From positions 25,277-89,276 of the forward strand of contig CAWEKC010000003.1 of NCBI GenBank assembly GCA_963809665.1: 64,000 nucleotides of DNA, given 5' to 3'. Source of the DNA: Candidatus Gottesmanbacteria bacterium. Lineage in GTDB: Bacteria; Patescibacteriota; Microgenomatia; UBA10105; UBA927. Below, one piece after another: positions 13,144 through 22,223 of the stretch (positions within the stretch are counted from its first letter, which is position 1; every line of letters starts with the position of its first letter). The notes under the pieces are model-generated. The model saw only the letters and a list, made by a program, of their open reading frames with translations. It was not told where the DNA came from and made no database searches. Both the position numbers and the translations under genes were made by a program.

Positions 13144-16100
13144 ATGAAACACACAATAACGAAGTGGCTGTGTTTCATTACAATATTCAATGTATTGTCA
13201 GGGACTTTAATGCCCGTAGCAGTTGCGCAGGAGTCAGCTTCTACGTCTGCGACATCGGATATATCAAATCCCCCGGAAGCAACACCATCTACCCTTTTGG
13301 ATCAACTTGAGGCAACAGATAGCGCATCCATAAGCGCCATAATTGACACACCGGTTAGTTCAATATCTGCGGATCTTTTGACCCCGACCCCGACACTGGA
13401 AATGCTCACCGGTCCTTCCGGGGTATTATCTCCGTCTGCATCTATGAAAGGCCCACCTCACTTCCGTGCGATGATGAGACACGCGTTTCGGGCAGGAGAA
13501 GTCCCGTCCGTCATTGTTGATGCCCTTACCATATCATCTATAAAAACAACTGTGCGGGATAGTAAAGGTACGGTTATAGACAGCACCCCTTCTATAGAAA
13601 CGTATGACGGGGGAATACGTGTGTCCGTCATCCCGAAAACGTCCATGAAACCCGGGAAATATACAATAGTTATTGAAGACACCTCGACCGGAATGACCAT
13701 TACGCAGGATTTTTTATGGGGGGTCTTGGCTTTCAATACGGATCAGGCGACATACAATCCCGGAGATACGGCAGACATTGCGCTTGCGGTGTTGGATGAT
13801 ATAGGTATGATGGTTTGTGACGCAGATGTAACCCTTACTATTCTCAGTCCGGCGAGAACAACAACAACACTTTCTACTGCGGACGGGACGATCCGTGTAA
13901 CGCCGGCGTGTACACTTCATGATTTTACCCTCAAACCCGATTACGAGACCGAATTTCAAACATCCGATGAGGGAGTCTATCAGGTTTTGTTGTCTGCAAC
14001 GACAAAAAACGGCACCAATGCGATTCAGGATTCATTTCAGGTATCATCCGATATGCCGTTTCAGGTGAAACGAATAAGTGCGACCCGTATTTATCCGCCG
14101 AAACCGTATCCGATGACTATCGATATTACCGCCAATGAAGATTTTTCAGGGATTGTGACCGAAACGGTTCCAGAAGATTTTACCATTATGCCTCTTGCCG
14201 GGGTACAGCCGTATGCCGATATGGGGGCGGCCGCTCCCGTCACGGAGCCGCAAACACCCATACTGCTGAGCATGCCGTTTGAGGGGAATTACCCGGTGAC
14301 GCTCGGGTTTGGCGACCGTATTAAGGATCCGCAGGTGAAACAACTGTACGAGCAGAATGGTTTAAAAGGTCACGACGGAGCGGATTTTGCCATGCCAATC
14401 GGTACGCAGGTATTGGCAGTTGACGCGGGGACGGTTTCCCGTATTGCGGATAATCCGTACGGGACAACGGTTGTTATTGATCACCCGTGGGGACGAAGTT
14501 ATTATGGGCATCTGAGTGTTGTGCAGGTTAAAGTTGGGGACATGGTCAAGAAAGACGCGCCCATTGCGTTATCAGGGAATACGGGTCTTACGACCGGAGC
14601 GCATTTGCATTTTGGCATGAAACTGACAACAAATGATGTGAACAACGGGTATTACGGGAAAATAGACCCGATGCCGTACTTGACCTCATCGGTGACATAT
14701 CAATCCGAAAGCAAAGGAAAACAGATTTCCTGGAATGTGGATATCAAATCCGGTGAAAAAATTCAACTCGGTTATACATTTAAAGCGCCTGAGGTCAGCC
14801 CGCGATTTTATCTGATCGGACCGCTCACGTTCCGCGCGTCAAATCCCGCGGAGCCTGCTCCTGCCGTACCTGCGGATAATCCGTTTGTCCTGGGAATCGC
14901 TTCTGCAAGCGCGGCACCTTCGGAGGCGTCCGGGTCGGCAACAGCCACACCGTCGGCCGTTCTAGCAGCGACTGCTGCTGCACCAACAAATAGTATAGTG
15001 TATCAGGAGCCGCGCCGTTGGCAGATTGCGGCGGACGCAGTCGGTTTCATTGGGAGTGTCAGTAACGTTGGCAACACCAGTGGAGGCGATGTCACACTCA
15101 CTCTCTCAGGTCTTGGGCTTCAAGAGGATGATCTTGTTATTGCTGCCTACAGTATCGCTGATGCTGACAATGTTGATATGGCTATGGCGGAGGTGGGCGG
15201 GATTGGGGGATGGACGGAGGTTGCCGACTTGTTCTCTGATGATACGTATGATGCTAATCTCGGCGTATATTACAAGGTGATGGGTGCGTCACCGGACGCA
15301 TCGGTGATATTTGATGGTGTGGGCGGTACTGACACTCAAACAGGCGCGGTAGCGATGGCTTTCCGGGGCGTGGATCCGACGACCCCGATGGACGTGGCGG
15401 CGACCACAGTCTCGGGCGCCTCGGGTCTCAACACTATGCATCCCAACCCGCCATCCATTAATCACAATAATCCCTCCGGCGTCTGGACGGTTATCGCTGG
15501 CAGCAATGTCAATGGTACCCAAGGCGCCCGAACCTTCACGTTCCCGACCGGCTACACAACAAACGCGGTTCAGCGATCCTCAAATGATACCAGTGATGGT
15601 ATTGTCGGACTGGGGTATCGGACGAATCCCTCTGATCCCGAAGATCCCGGCCAGATGACTGCCAGCGGCACCGATGGCACCGGTTACGCTTTTGCCGCCG
15701 TCACCATGGCGCTCAGGCCCGCGCCTGAAGTTCCCGGCATTGACGGGTCGCTGGGCAAAACGTCTGACGGATGGGCCGGGGCAGTACCGGTTTATGGGAC
15801 GTTAACCGGTGGGTTAAGCCAGGGCGATTATCCGTATGCCAGGGCAGAGGTAACCACCGCTGCGAGCCAAACTTTCTATACAGATATGACCTGGGATAGC
15901 GGAGACAGCCGGTTTGAAGGCACAATTTATCCCGGTTCTAATTATTGTATGGGATGCGATGATCCGACATACGGTACGTTCAGTGTGACCGTGGAGTTGG
16001 ATGATAATGCCGGTTTTTCCTCCATTGATTATTCCTCCGACGCAGCCACATTTTCAACGGTCAGAACATACAAGAGGAGTTCTATGGATAATGTAACAAA

Positions 16101-17436
16101 CACTAACTATACTGATTTCAATCCGGTTTGGAGCACTGACCACTGGAATATGTCGATAAGTGATTTTGGGTTTGCTATGCAGAGCGGCACGGGCACAAAT
16201 TTTGCCGTTGCCGTTCCTATCCATCCTGACACGTCATCCCCGAGCAATTTTACCGTAGCCTATAACGGCTCGAGTGTTTCTGCGGGTAGTGCCGAATCAA
16301 CGTCTAACGCCTGGTGGTACAACAGCACATCCCACACACTATATCTGCAATTTGCCTCGCTGACAACCACACTGGTTGATGTGGATATTACGTTTGATAC
16401 CGACACGGACCTTTTCGCTACCAGGTTCAACTGGACGTATACGGCAGACATGGGTTCCCGTCGTTACGCGAACGGCATAATCATTGCCAACCAATACCTT
16501 ACTGCTCCCATATACGGACTGCCTCAAGCTGATTGCGCCAACGACAATGAGTGTGAAGCGGCCGGCATGCAGGCGGAGACGCGCGCCCATGAAGCAGGAG
16601 GACCCGACGAGTCCACCGACTGCATGGAACGGCCCGCGGTCCACGTGGATGATACGCCCGTAGCCGACAACAGGACGCTGGGATATCGGTATGATATCAA
16701 ATGGAAACCAACAGAATGGGCGGACTGGATAACGGAACAGGACAATAATCATTTTGTCATCGTCGAAAATTCGGATGACACGGCAACGACCGGCTGGGGT
16801 CAGCAATTGGACAATGGTATTGCCGCGTTAAGAACCCAAACGTATTATGCAGGGGAAAGATATATCAAGAATGTGTACGCCTTTACCAATAATGATTCCT
16901 CATCACATAAATATCCGATGGTCTGGGAGCGCGAACAATGGCACGCAACCGACAGGCAGGCGAACGATCACGGAAGATTCCAGGGCGATACGTCGGATGT
17001 GGTCATGGAACAAAGGGTATCAATGTCAGGGTACACCTGTCCCTGGCAGACTGCGTATGACAGCGGGACATATATTAATATGGGATTGGTTTATGACAAA
17101 AACAACCTTCCGGATTATGGTATTTTTGCAGTAGAGCCCTTTTTGGCACCGGATACGGCGGAATGGCCGATCGGTATAACAAGCAGTCACGGTACCCAGA
17201 CAACCGATCAGACCGGATTTGAAAAGACCTGGAGTTCGGTGGCTCCCGATGAAACAGTGAGTTTCACTTTCTGGCACGTTCATAACGCCGAAAGTTCCTG
17301 GGCAAACATAGAGTCTGCCATGGATGCAGATTGTGCAGAACTCAATACGTCTGCTCCGTCCGGTCCCACCACCGATCAGCAGATGCGCCACGGTAAATGG
17401 TTTGACAGTGGGGTAGAGCAGGGGTTTACATTCTAG
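13144..17436 (+). CDS. Large secreted protein with an M23 (LytM-type) Zn metallopeptidase domain and several beta-rich domains
   Basis: Signal peptide MKHTITKWLCF...PVAVA. M23 motifs are HDGADF (HxxxD), SYYGHLS and TGAHLHF (HxH). The ATG lies 1 nt after the collagen stop. Confidence 0.85.
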   Translation: MKHTITKWLCFITIFNVLSGTLMPVAVAQESASTSATSDISNPPEATPSTLLDQLEATDSASISAIIDTPVSSISADLLTPTPTLEMLTGPSGVLSPSASMKGPPHFRAMMRHAFRAGEVPSVIVDALTISSIKTTVRDSKGTVIDSTPSIETYDGGIRVSVIPKTSMKPGKYTIVIEDTSTGMTITQDFLWGVLAFNTDQATYNPGDTADIALAVLDDIGMMVCDADVTLTILSPARTTTTLSTADGTIRVTPACTLHDFTLKPDYETEFQTSDEGVYQVLLSATTKNGTNAIQDSFQVSSDMPFQVKRISATRIYPPKPYPMTIDITANEDFSGIVTETVPEDFTIMPLAGVQPYADMGAAAPVTEPQTPILLSMPFEGNYPVTLGFGDRIKDPQVKQLYEQNGLKGHDGADFAMPIGTQVLAVDAGTVSRIADNPYGTTVVIDHPWGRSYYGHLSVVQVKVGDMVKKDAPIALSGNTGLTTGAHLHFGMKLTTNDVNNGYYGKIDPMPYLTSSVTYQSESKGKQISWNVDIKSGEKIQLGYTFKAPEVSPRFYLIGPLTFRASNPAEPAPAVPADNPFVLGIASASAAPSEASGSATATPSAVLAATAAAPTNSIVYQEPRRWQIAADAVGFIGSVSNVGNTSGGDVTLTLSGLGLQEDDLVIAAYSIADADNVDMAMAEVGGIGGWTEVADLFSDDTYDANLGVYYKVMGASPDASVIFDGVGGTDTQTGAVAMAFRGVDPTTPMDVAATTVSGASGLNTMHPNPPSINHNNPSGVWTVIAGSNVNGTQGARTFTFPTGYTTNAVQRSSNDTSDGIVGLGYRTNPSDPEDPGQMTASGTDGTGYAFAAVTMALRPAPEVPGIDGSLGKTSDGWAGAVPVYGTLTGGLSQGDYPYARAEVTTAASQTFYTDMTWDSGDSRFEGTIYPGSNYCMGCDDPTYGTFSVTVELDDNAGFSSIDYSSDAATFSTVRTYKRSSMDNVTNTNYTDFNPVWSTDHWNMSISDFGFAMQSGTGTNFAVAVPIHPDTSSPSNFTVAYNGSSVSAGSAESTSNAWWYNSTSHTLYLQFASLTTTLVDVDITFDTDTDLFATRFNWTYTADMGSRRYANGIIIANQYLTAPIYGLPQADCANDNECEAAGMQAETRAHEAGGPDESTDCMERPAVHVDDTPVADNRTLGYRYDIKWKPTEWADWITEQDNNHFVIVENSDDTATTGWGQQLDNGIAALRTQTYYAGERYIKNVYAFTNNDSSSHKYPMVWEREQWHATDRQANDHGRFQGDTSDVVMEQRVSMSGYTCPWQTAYDSGTYINMGLVYDKNNLPDYGIFAVEPFLAPDTAEWPIGITSSHGTQTTDQTGFEKTWSSVAPDETVSFTFWHVHNAESSWANIESAMDADCAELNTSAPSGPTTDQQMRHGKWFDSGVEQGFTF

Positions 17437-17451
17437 CCTTGAATGTTACTT

Positions 17452-17505
17452 GTTTTTACAAGTATGTACCAAAAATTGATATAGTTTATACTTCTGGATT
17501 CAAAC
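17452..17505 (+). promoter_or_regulatory. Copy 2 of the 54-bp element, just upstream of a sigma70-like promoter (TTGCAA 17526, TATAAT 17548)
   Basis: Matches copy 1 at 2064-2117. It lies in the intergenic gap between the M23 gene and the LytR_C gene. Confidence 0.55.
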
Positions 17506-17560
17506 AGTATTCTGCACCCCCGGTATTGCAATTACACGTTCAGTCCCTATAATATGTCCT

Positions 17561-18289
17561 ATGGCCGTACCGTTACTTTCCCGTAAATATATACTCATAC
17601 TTGGGACAGTGATTCTTCTTATTGCTGCTGCCGCCCCGTCCGTTTATTTCTATCGTCAGTATCAAACCCTTCAAACACAAGTGACTAGAACGGAGACAAA
17701 GGATGACGTGGGCGCATTGACGGCCCGGGTCGGCAAACACATTTTGCTACCCACCGGTGAAACGCCGACGGTGATGACGGTAACGGATAAAGAAAAGCTT
17801 TCCGGTCAGCTGTTCTTTGCCAATTCAAAAAACGGGGATAAGGTGCTGGTGTACGAGAAAGCAAAAAAAGCATTTCTGTATGATCCTGTTGCGGATATTG
17901 TCATAGAGGTGGGGCCTATTGTGGTAACCGCTTCTTCCTCCGGGACACTTTCCACTGCGGTGCCGACGTCGGGGACAAGTTCGGCAACACTGACACCGGC
18001 GTTGCAAAAGACCTATACGTTTGCGCTCCTTAATGCAACACAAGTGTCAGGGCTGACAAAAACATTTGAAGTGAAACTACGGTCCGCCGTGCCTACTGCG
18101 CAGGTTGTATCGCGCGGTAATGCCAAAGGTGATTACTCCACATCGCTGCTTGTGGATGTAGCAGGGACACATAAAGAAGAAATGTCCGTACTTTCGCAGA
18201 CATTAGGGCTGAGCGTGTCTCCGTTGCCGGCCGGTGAATCGACACCTTCGGCGGATTTTCTCATAATATTAGCTGACAATAAAGAGTAA
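17561..18289 (+). CDS. Membrane-anchored LytR C-terminal domain protein
   Basis: N-terminal TM. The C-terminus FALLNATQVSGL...VVSRGNA...ADFLIIL matches the LytR_C pattern (V.VLNGT..GLA...GNA...D..IIVG). Confidence 0.7.
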   Translation: MAVPLLSRKYILILGTVILLIAAAAPSVYFYRQYQTLQTQVTRTETKDDVGALTARVGKHILLPTGETPTVMTVTDKEKLSGQLFFANSKNGDKVLVYEKAKKAFLYDPVADIVIEVGPIVVTASSSGTLSTAVPTSGTSSATLTPALQKTYTFALLNATQVSGLTKTFEVKLRSAVPTAQVVSRGNAKGDYSTSLLVDVAGTHKEEMSVLSQTLGLSVSPLPAGESTPSADFLIILADNKE

Positions 18290-18360
18290 TCTTCTTGCTC
18301 CGGAGCCGCCGTTTTTTCTTGCAAAACGCTTTGTATCGTGCCATACTGTTTTTGCAACGT

Positions 18361-19131
18361 ATGTCTGATAATTTGCCGACGAACCCCATATTTGCCGATT
18401 TAGCCACAGAGCATGTACTCACGACGTTTTTCGAGCATATGCCGCTGTTAGGCGTCGGGCTTGATACCCAGGGGAAGGTCACATACATCAACCCGTTTTT
18501 TTTGACCGTCACGGGTTTCACATCCGAAGAAGTGATCGGGAAAAACTGGTTTGAGACATTTATCCCGCAACAGCAGCGTACCATGCTTGTTTCAACATTT
18601 ACGGAAATTCTTGCGAAGGAAAGTTTTACGCGGTACGAAAACGCTATTTTTACGAAATCCGGCGAACTGCGGCAAATCTCGTGGACAAATGCAGTTCTTA
18701 AAAACACTGCCGGGAAACCATCGGGTACGCTGAGTATCGGTGAAGATATAAGCAATCTGAAAAACGCGGAAGAATCCTTGCTGGAGAGCGAGGAACGGTT
18801 CCGGATCATGTCTGAATTGTCGCAGGAGGGTATTGCCATCCACGATCACGGCGTTATAGTATTTTGTAACCGGAAACTTTCGGACATGTCAGGATATACT
18901 GTTGCCGAAATGGTCGGCAAAAACGTTCTCTCATTCTTCCCGCCGGAGTCACAGGCCATTATGAAGAAACATATCGACGGAGAAATGGAAGGATGTTACA
19001 AGGTTATAGGGAATAAAAAAGACGGGGGAACCATGTCGGTCGAAATATGCGGTAAAATGGGAGAATACCGCGGCCACCGGGTCCGGATGACAACGTTACG
19101 GGAGCTTACCGGCTCAGACAGCGCAACATAA
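18361..19131 (+). CDS. Stand-alone tandem PAS domain (PAS S-box) protein
   Basis: First PAS: LDTQGKVTYINPFFLTVTGFTSEEVIGKNW...ISWTN...SIGEDIS. Then an ESEERFR linker and a second PAS, IVFCNRKLSDMSGYTVAEMVGK. Confidence 0.85.
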   Translation: MSDNLPTNPIFADLATEHVLTTFFEHMPLLGVGLDTQGKVTYINPFFLTVTGFTSEEVIGKNWFETFIPQQQRTMLVSTFTEILAKESFTRYENAIFTKSGELRQISWTNAVLKNTAGKPSGTLSIGEDISNLKNAEESLLESEERFRIMSELSQEGIAIHDHGVIVFCNRKLSDMSGYTVAEMVGKNVLSFFPPESQAIMKKHIDGEMEGCYKVIGNKKDGGTMSVEICGKMGEYRGHRVRMTTLRELTGSDSAT

Positions 19132-19184
19132 GGGGATCTTCTGCCGCATTGGTTTTTATTAGAAGATACGGTATAATTCTACTC

Positions 19185-19496
19185 ATGAGTTTCCACGACG
19201 ATAAACTTTGGCAGGAAGCATATACGTCGGTCATCGATCTGTGTGCCCTTACGGATGAAAATGAAGTGTGCAAGCAGGCACAGAAATTAGGACTTAAAAC
19301 CCTCACAATCATCGCAGATGGCCTATCGCGACGTGACCGCAGGGAGCGCGACATGAAGCTTAGGGAAGCAGCCGGAAAAGTCGCCGGAGTACGGAGTTTA
19401 CTCTCGGTTGCCTGGGCGCAGGATGCCGTGAATGATGATACGTTTGCAAAGCTTGACGGTGCATACGAATCCCTGGGAAATAAACTTCCAAAGTGA
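19185..19496 (+). CDS. Four-helix-bundle protein (23S rRNA IVS protein-like)
   Basis: SFHDDKLWQEA...IADGLSRR...EAAGKVAGVRSLL resembles the F.DL.VWQ.A...IAEG..R...A.GS..E..S.L pattern. Confidence 0.6.
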   Translation: MSFHDDKLWQEAYTSVIDLCALTDENEVCKQAQKLGLKTLTIIADGLSRRDRRERDMKLREAAGKVAGVRSLLSVAWAQDAVNDDTFAKLDGAYESLGNKLPK

Positions 19497-20128
19497 GCAC
19501 AATTGATATTATCCCCGGTATTTTGGAAAAAGAGTGGGAAATGGTTGAAGAGCGGCTTCGCCTGGTGACCGGGCTTACGGACTGGGTGCAGATCGGATTT
19601 GCAGATAATACACTAGTTCCTACGACCACATTCCTTGATTTCACAAAATTTGCTCTGCCTGCAAAGACTATATCACTTGAAGCGCATTTGATGGTCACAT
19701 CCCCTGAAAAGTATATCAAAGCAGCGTCGGATGCCGGTTTTAAACGGTTGATTGCCCATGTGGAAGCAGACGACCCCAGAGTATTTTTTGATCAGGTGAA
19801 ATATGAACAATTGGAAGTTGGCATAGCCATTGACGGACCGACGGAATTTGAGACGGTAGAGCCGTTTTTAGAGGAAGTGGATTTTGTCCTGGTGATGACG
19901 GCCGAAGCCGGGTTTTCCGGCGGGACCTTTTTACCTGAATGCATTGATAAAATCAAATCGATTCACTCGTATTTACCCGACTTGCCTATAGAAGTATCAG
20001 GAGGAATACAGGATACGACAGCGCGTCTGGTTGGTGATGCAGGGGCCGCACGTTTGGTATCCTCAAGCTACATATTTAAAGACCCCGCAAACGTTGCCTC
20101 GGCCTTGGACCGTCTCAGGAATTTGTGA
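19493..20128 (+). CDS. rpe: Ribulose-phosphate 3-epimerase family protein with the catalytic Asp positions substituted
   Basis: IIPGIL, EAHLMV, AHVEA, VLVMTAEAGFSG and EVSGGI follow the RPE motif order. Confidence 0.8.
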   Translation: MSTIDIIPGILEKEWEMVEERLRLVTGLTDWVQIGFADNTLVPTTTFLDFTKFALPAKTISLEAHLMVTSPEKYIKAASDAGFKRLIAHVEADDPRVFFDQVKYEQLEVGIAIDGPTEFETVEPFLEEVDFVLVMTAEAGFSGGTFLPECIDKIKSIHSYLPDLPIEVSGGIQDTTARLVGDAGAARLVSSSYIFKDPANVASALDRLRNL

Positions 20129-20777
20129 TGATATCTATTGCGTGCGATGTGCCGATACGGGCAACACCGGCATCGATAAACGCTTTTGCCTCCGTATAGG
20201 TATTTATGCCGCCGGCAACTTTGATTTTCATTGCCGGTCCCACGGCTTCACGCACAATTTTTACGTCTTCAACCGACGGGCCTCTGGGCCCCATGCCGGA
20301 ACCGATTTTTACAAAATCTGCGCCGGATTGTTGGATCGCCAGAGCCATTTGTTTCATTTGATCTGCCGAATTCAGGTATCCGGGATCGAGGATAAACTTC
20401 ACGATTACGGGCCGGCCTACCATCCGCGCGCCTTCAACAATGGTTTTCATTTCGTTTAGAAATCCGTCGGTGTCGCCGGCTAAGAATGTGCCGATATTGG
20501 GGACGATATCCAACTCGTTTGCGCCGAGAGTAACCGCTTCGTTTGCAGCGGCAACTTTGGACGCAACCGTATCCTGTCCCAGGGGAAAAGATACGACCGT
20601 GCCGACCAGCGCTTTCCCGTTTAATAATTTTTTGGCAAACGCGATATAGGCGGCGTTGACAAATGCGGCATGGAACCCATATTTGATGACGTTTGCCGTC
20701 AGCTCTTCAATATTTGCCGGCGTCGCCGCCGCATGGTGATTGGCATAATCGAGATATTGGGCAAAAGGATGGGGCAT
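20115..20777 (-). CDS. deoC: Deoxyribose-phosphate aldolase
   Basis: TVVSFPLG, GANELDIV, VKFIL, GADFVK, IKVAGGI, RIGTS. Confidence 0.9.
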   Translation of the reverse strand: MPHPFAQYLDYANHHAAATPANIEELTANVIKYGFHAAFVNAAYIAFAKKLLNGKALVGTVVSFPLGQDTVASKVAAANEAVTLGANELDIVPNIGTFLAGDTDGFLNEMKTIVEGARMVGRPVIVKFILDPGYLNSADQMKQMALAIQQSGADFVKIGSGMGPRGPSVEDVKIVREAVGPAMKIKVAGGINTYTEAKAFIDAGVARIGTSHAIDIITNS

Positions 20778-20813
20778 TACGAGTAGTATATCAGATAAAA
20801 CAGGGTGGGAATA

Positions 20814-21188
20814 TTATTTCTTCTTGTATAGCCGTGACAGTAATTCAAGATTATTTTGTGCATCATCGGCATCCATACCGCGGATAAGTTGGCCCATATG
20901 ACTGATAAGCTCTTTCGGATTTGGTGTCCGGAGGTTAATTTCGTCTGTTAACGCGCCGCGGATGTGTTTCAGGGCTTTTTCCGGATCAGGAAAAATTGCA
21001 TGGCTGTAGGTTTTTCCCTTGAATTCCTCGTCCCGTAACCGGCGCATTTCTTCAACCGGAAGGTTATAAAGAGGAATCCCCTGATATTTTTTTTGTACCT
21101 GCTCGAGAATCAGGTTTTGAACTTTGGGACCGAGCTTTTTAAATCCAAATTCTTCCTGTTTCTCTTTTTTTTCTTCTGAATGGCTCAT
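20814..21188 (-). CDS. Hypothetical protein
   Basis: 124-aa ORF filling the gap, with plausible composition. Confidence 0.55.
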   Translation of the reverse strand: MSHSEEKKEKQEEFGFKKLGPKVQNLILEQVQKKYQGIPLYNLPVEEMRRLRDEEFKGKTYSHAIFPDPEKALKHIRGALTDEINLRTPNPKELISHMGQLIRGMDADDAQNNLELLSRLYKKK

Positions 21189-21260
21189 AGCAAAGACCTA
21201 AACATAGTCTGTACAGGTGAATTATATCAGAAAGTAACAACAAGTGTGTATAATACTATC

Positions 21261-22214
21261 ATGTACCACCGCGTACTGGTTGCGGGCACGTTTGACGGAA
21301 TCCATGCCGGTCATGAGGCAATCCTCACGGCGGCAGTCGAGGCAGGGGAACACGTGACCGTAGGCCTCACGTCTGATGTATTTGTCGCAAAATTCAAAAA
21401 AAACCAACCTATTGCGACGTTTTCAGACCGGAAAGCAGGATTAGAGCAGTGGCTGGGCGTCCATGGATACTCGGACCGCGCGTTGATTATCCCGATAGAC
21501 GACCCGTACGAGCCGGCAGCCAGCCTCACCGACCTTGAGATGCTTGTGGTAACCCCCGACACCACATCGCGGGGCGAAGAGATTAACAGCATCCGTAAAG
21601 GTAAAGGCCTTGCGCCGTTAGGACTGCTCGTCGTGCCGCTCGTCCCCGCACAGGATTTAAAGCCCGTTTCTTCAACGCGCATACGTTCCGGAGAAATTGA
21701 TACAACCGGCCGACTCATCCTTCCGTTGACCTTGCGGCCGGAGTTGGGCAAACCCGTGGGGAACGTTTTAATCGGCGATGCGATCGGCAGTTCCATCGAA
21801 ACGCACCGCAGTGATGTTATTGTTGCCGTGGGCGATATTACGACCAAAACACTTCTTACAGCAGGTATAACCCCGTCACTTTCCATCGTAGATTTTCAGG
21901 TGAATAGAAAACCATACCCGGAACTGGACGGACGGTTTGCGGGCCTTGGCATTTTCCGCATCGTGGTACCCAGCGGTCCCGGTTTTATAGCTAAAGAGGC
22001 GATCGACGTGATTAAAAAATGGAGCACACATCCGGAAGAAAAGATCGTTCTGACGGTCACGGGTGAAGAGGATTTACTTGCCCTGCCCGCTATTGCCTAC
22101 GGGCCGGTCGGAGCAATCATATATTATGGTCAACCGGGGCAAGGTCTTGTTGAAGTAATCATAAATCAGGAAAAGAAAAATCAGGCGATTGCACTCCTGG
22201 AAAAGTTTACGTAA
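21261..22214 (+). CDS. coaD: Fusion of archaeal/eukaryotic-type phosphopantetheine adenylyltransferase and DUF359 (GTP-dependent dephospho-CoA kinase-like)
   Basis: N-terminal half: VAGTFDGIHAGH, VGLTSD, PIDDPY, VSSTRIR. C-terminal half: VGDITT, IVDFQVNR, GEEDLLALPAI, YYGQPGQG. Confidence 0.8.
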   Translation: MYHRVLVAGTFDGIHAGHEAILTAAVEAGEHVTVGLTSDVFVAKFKKNQPIATFSDRKAGLEQWLGVHGYSDRALIIPIDDPYEPAASLTDLEMLVVTPDTTSRGEEINSIRKGKGLAPLGLLVVPLVPAQDLKPVSSTRIRSGEIDTTGRLILPLTLRPELGKPVGNVLIGDAIGSSIETHRSDVIVAVGDITTKTLLTAGITPSLSIVDFQVNRKPYPELDGRFAGLGIFRIVVPSGPGFIAKEAIDVIKKWSTHPEEKIVLTVTGEEDLLALPAIAYGPVGAIIYYGQPGQGLVEVIINQEKKNQAIALLEKFT

Positions 22215-22223
22215 ACTGGAAGC

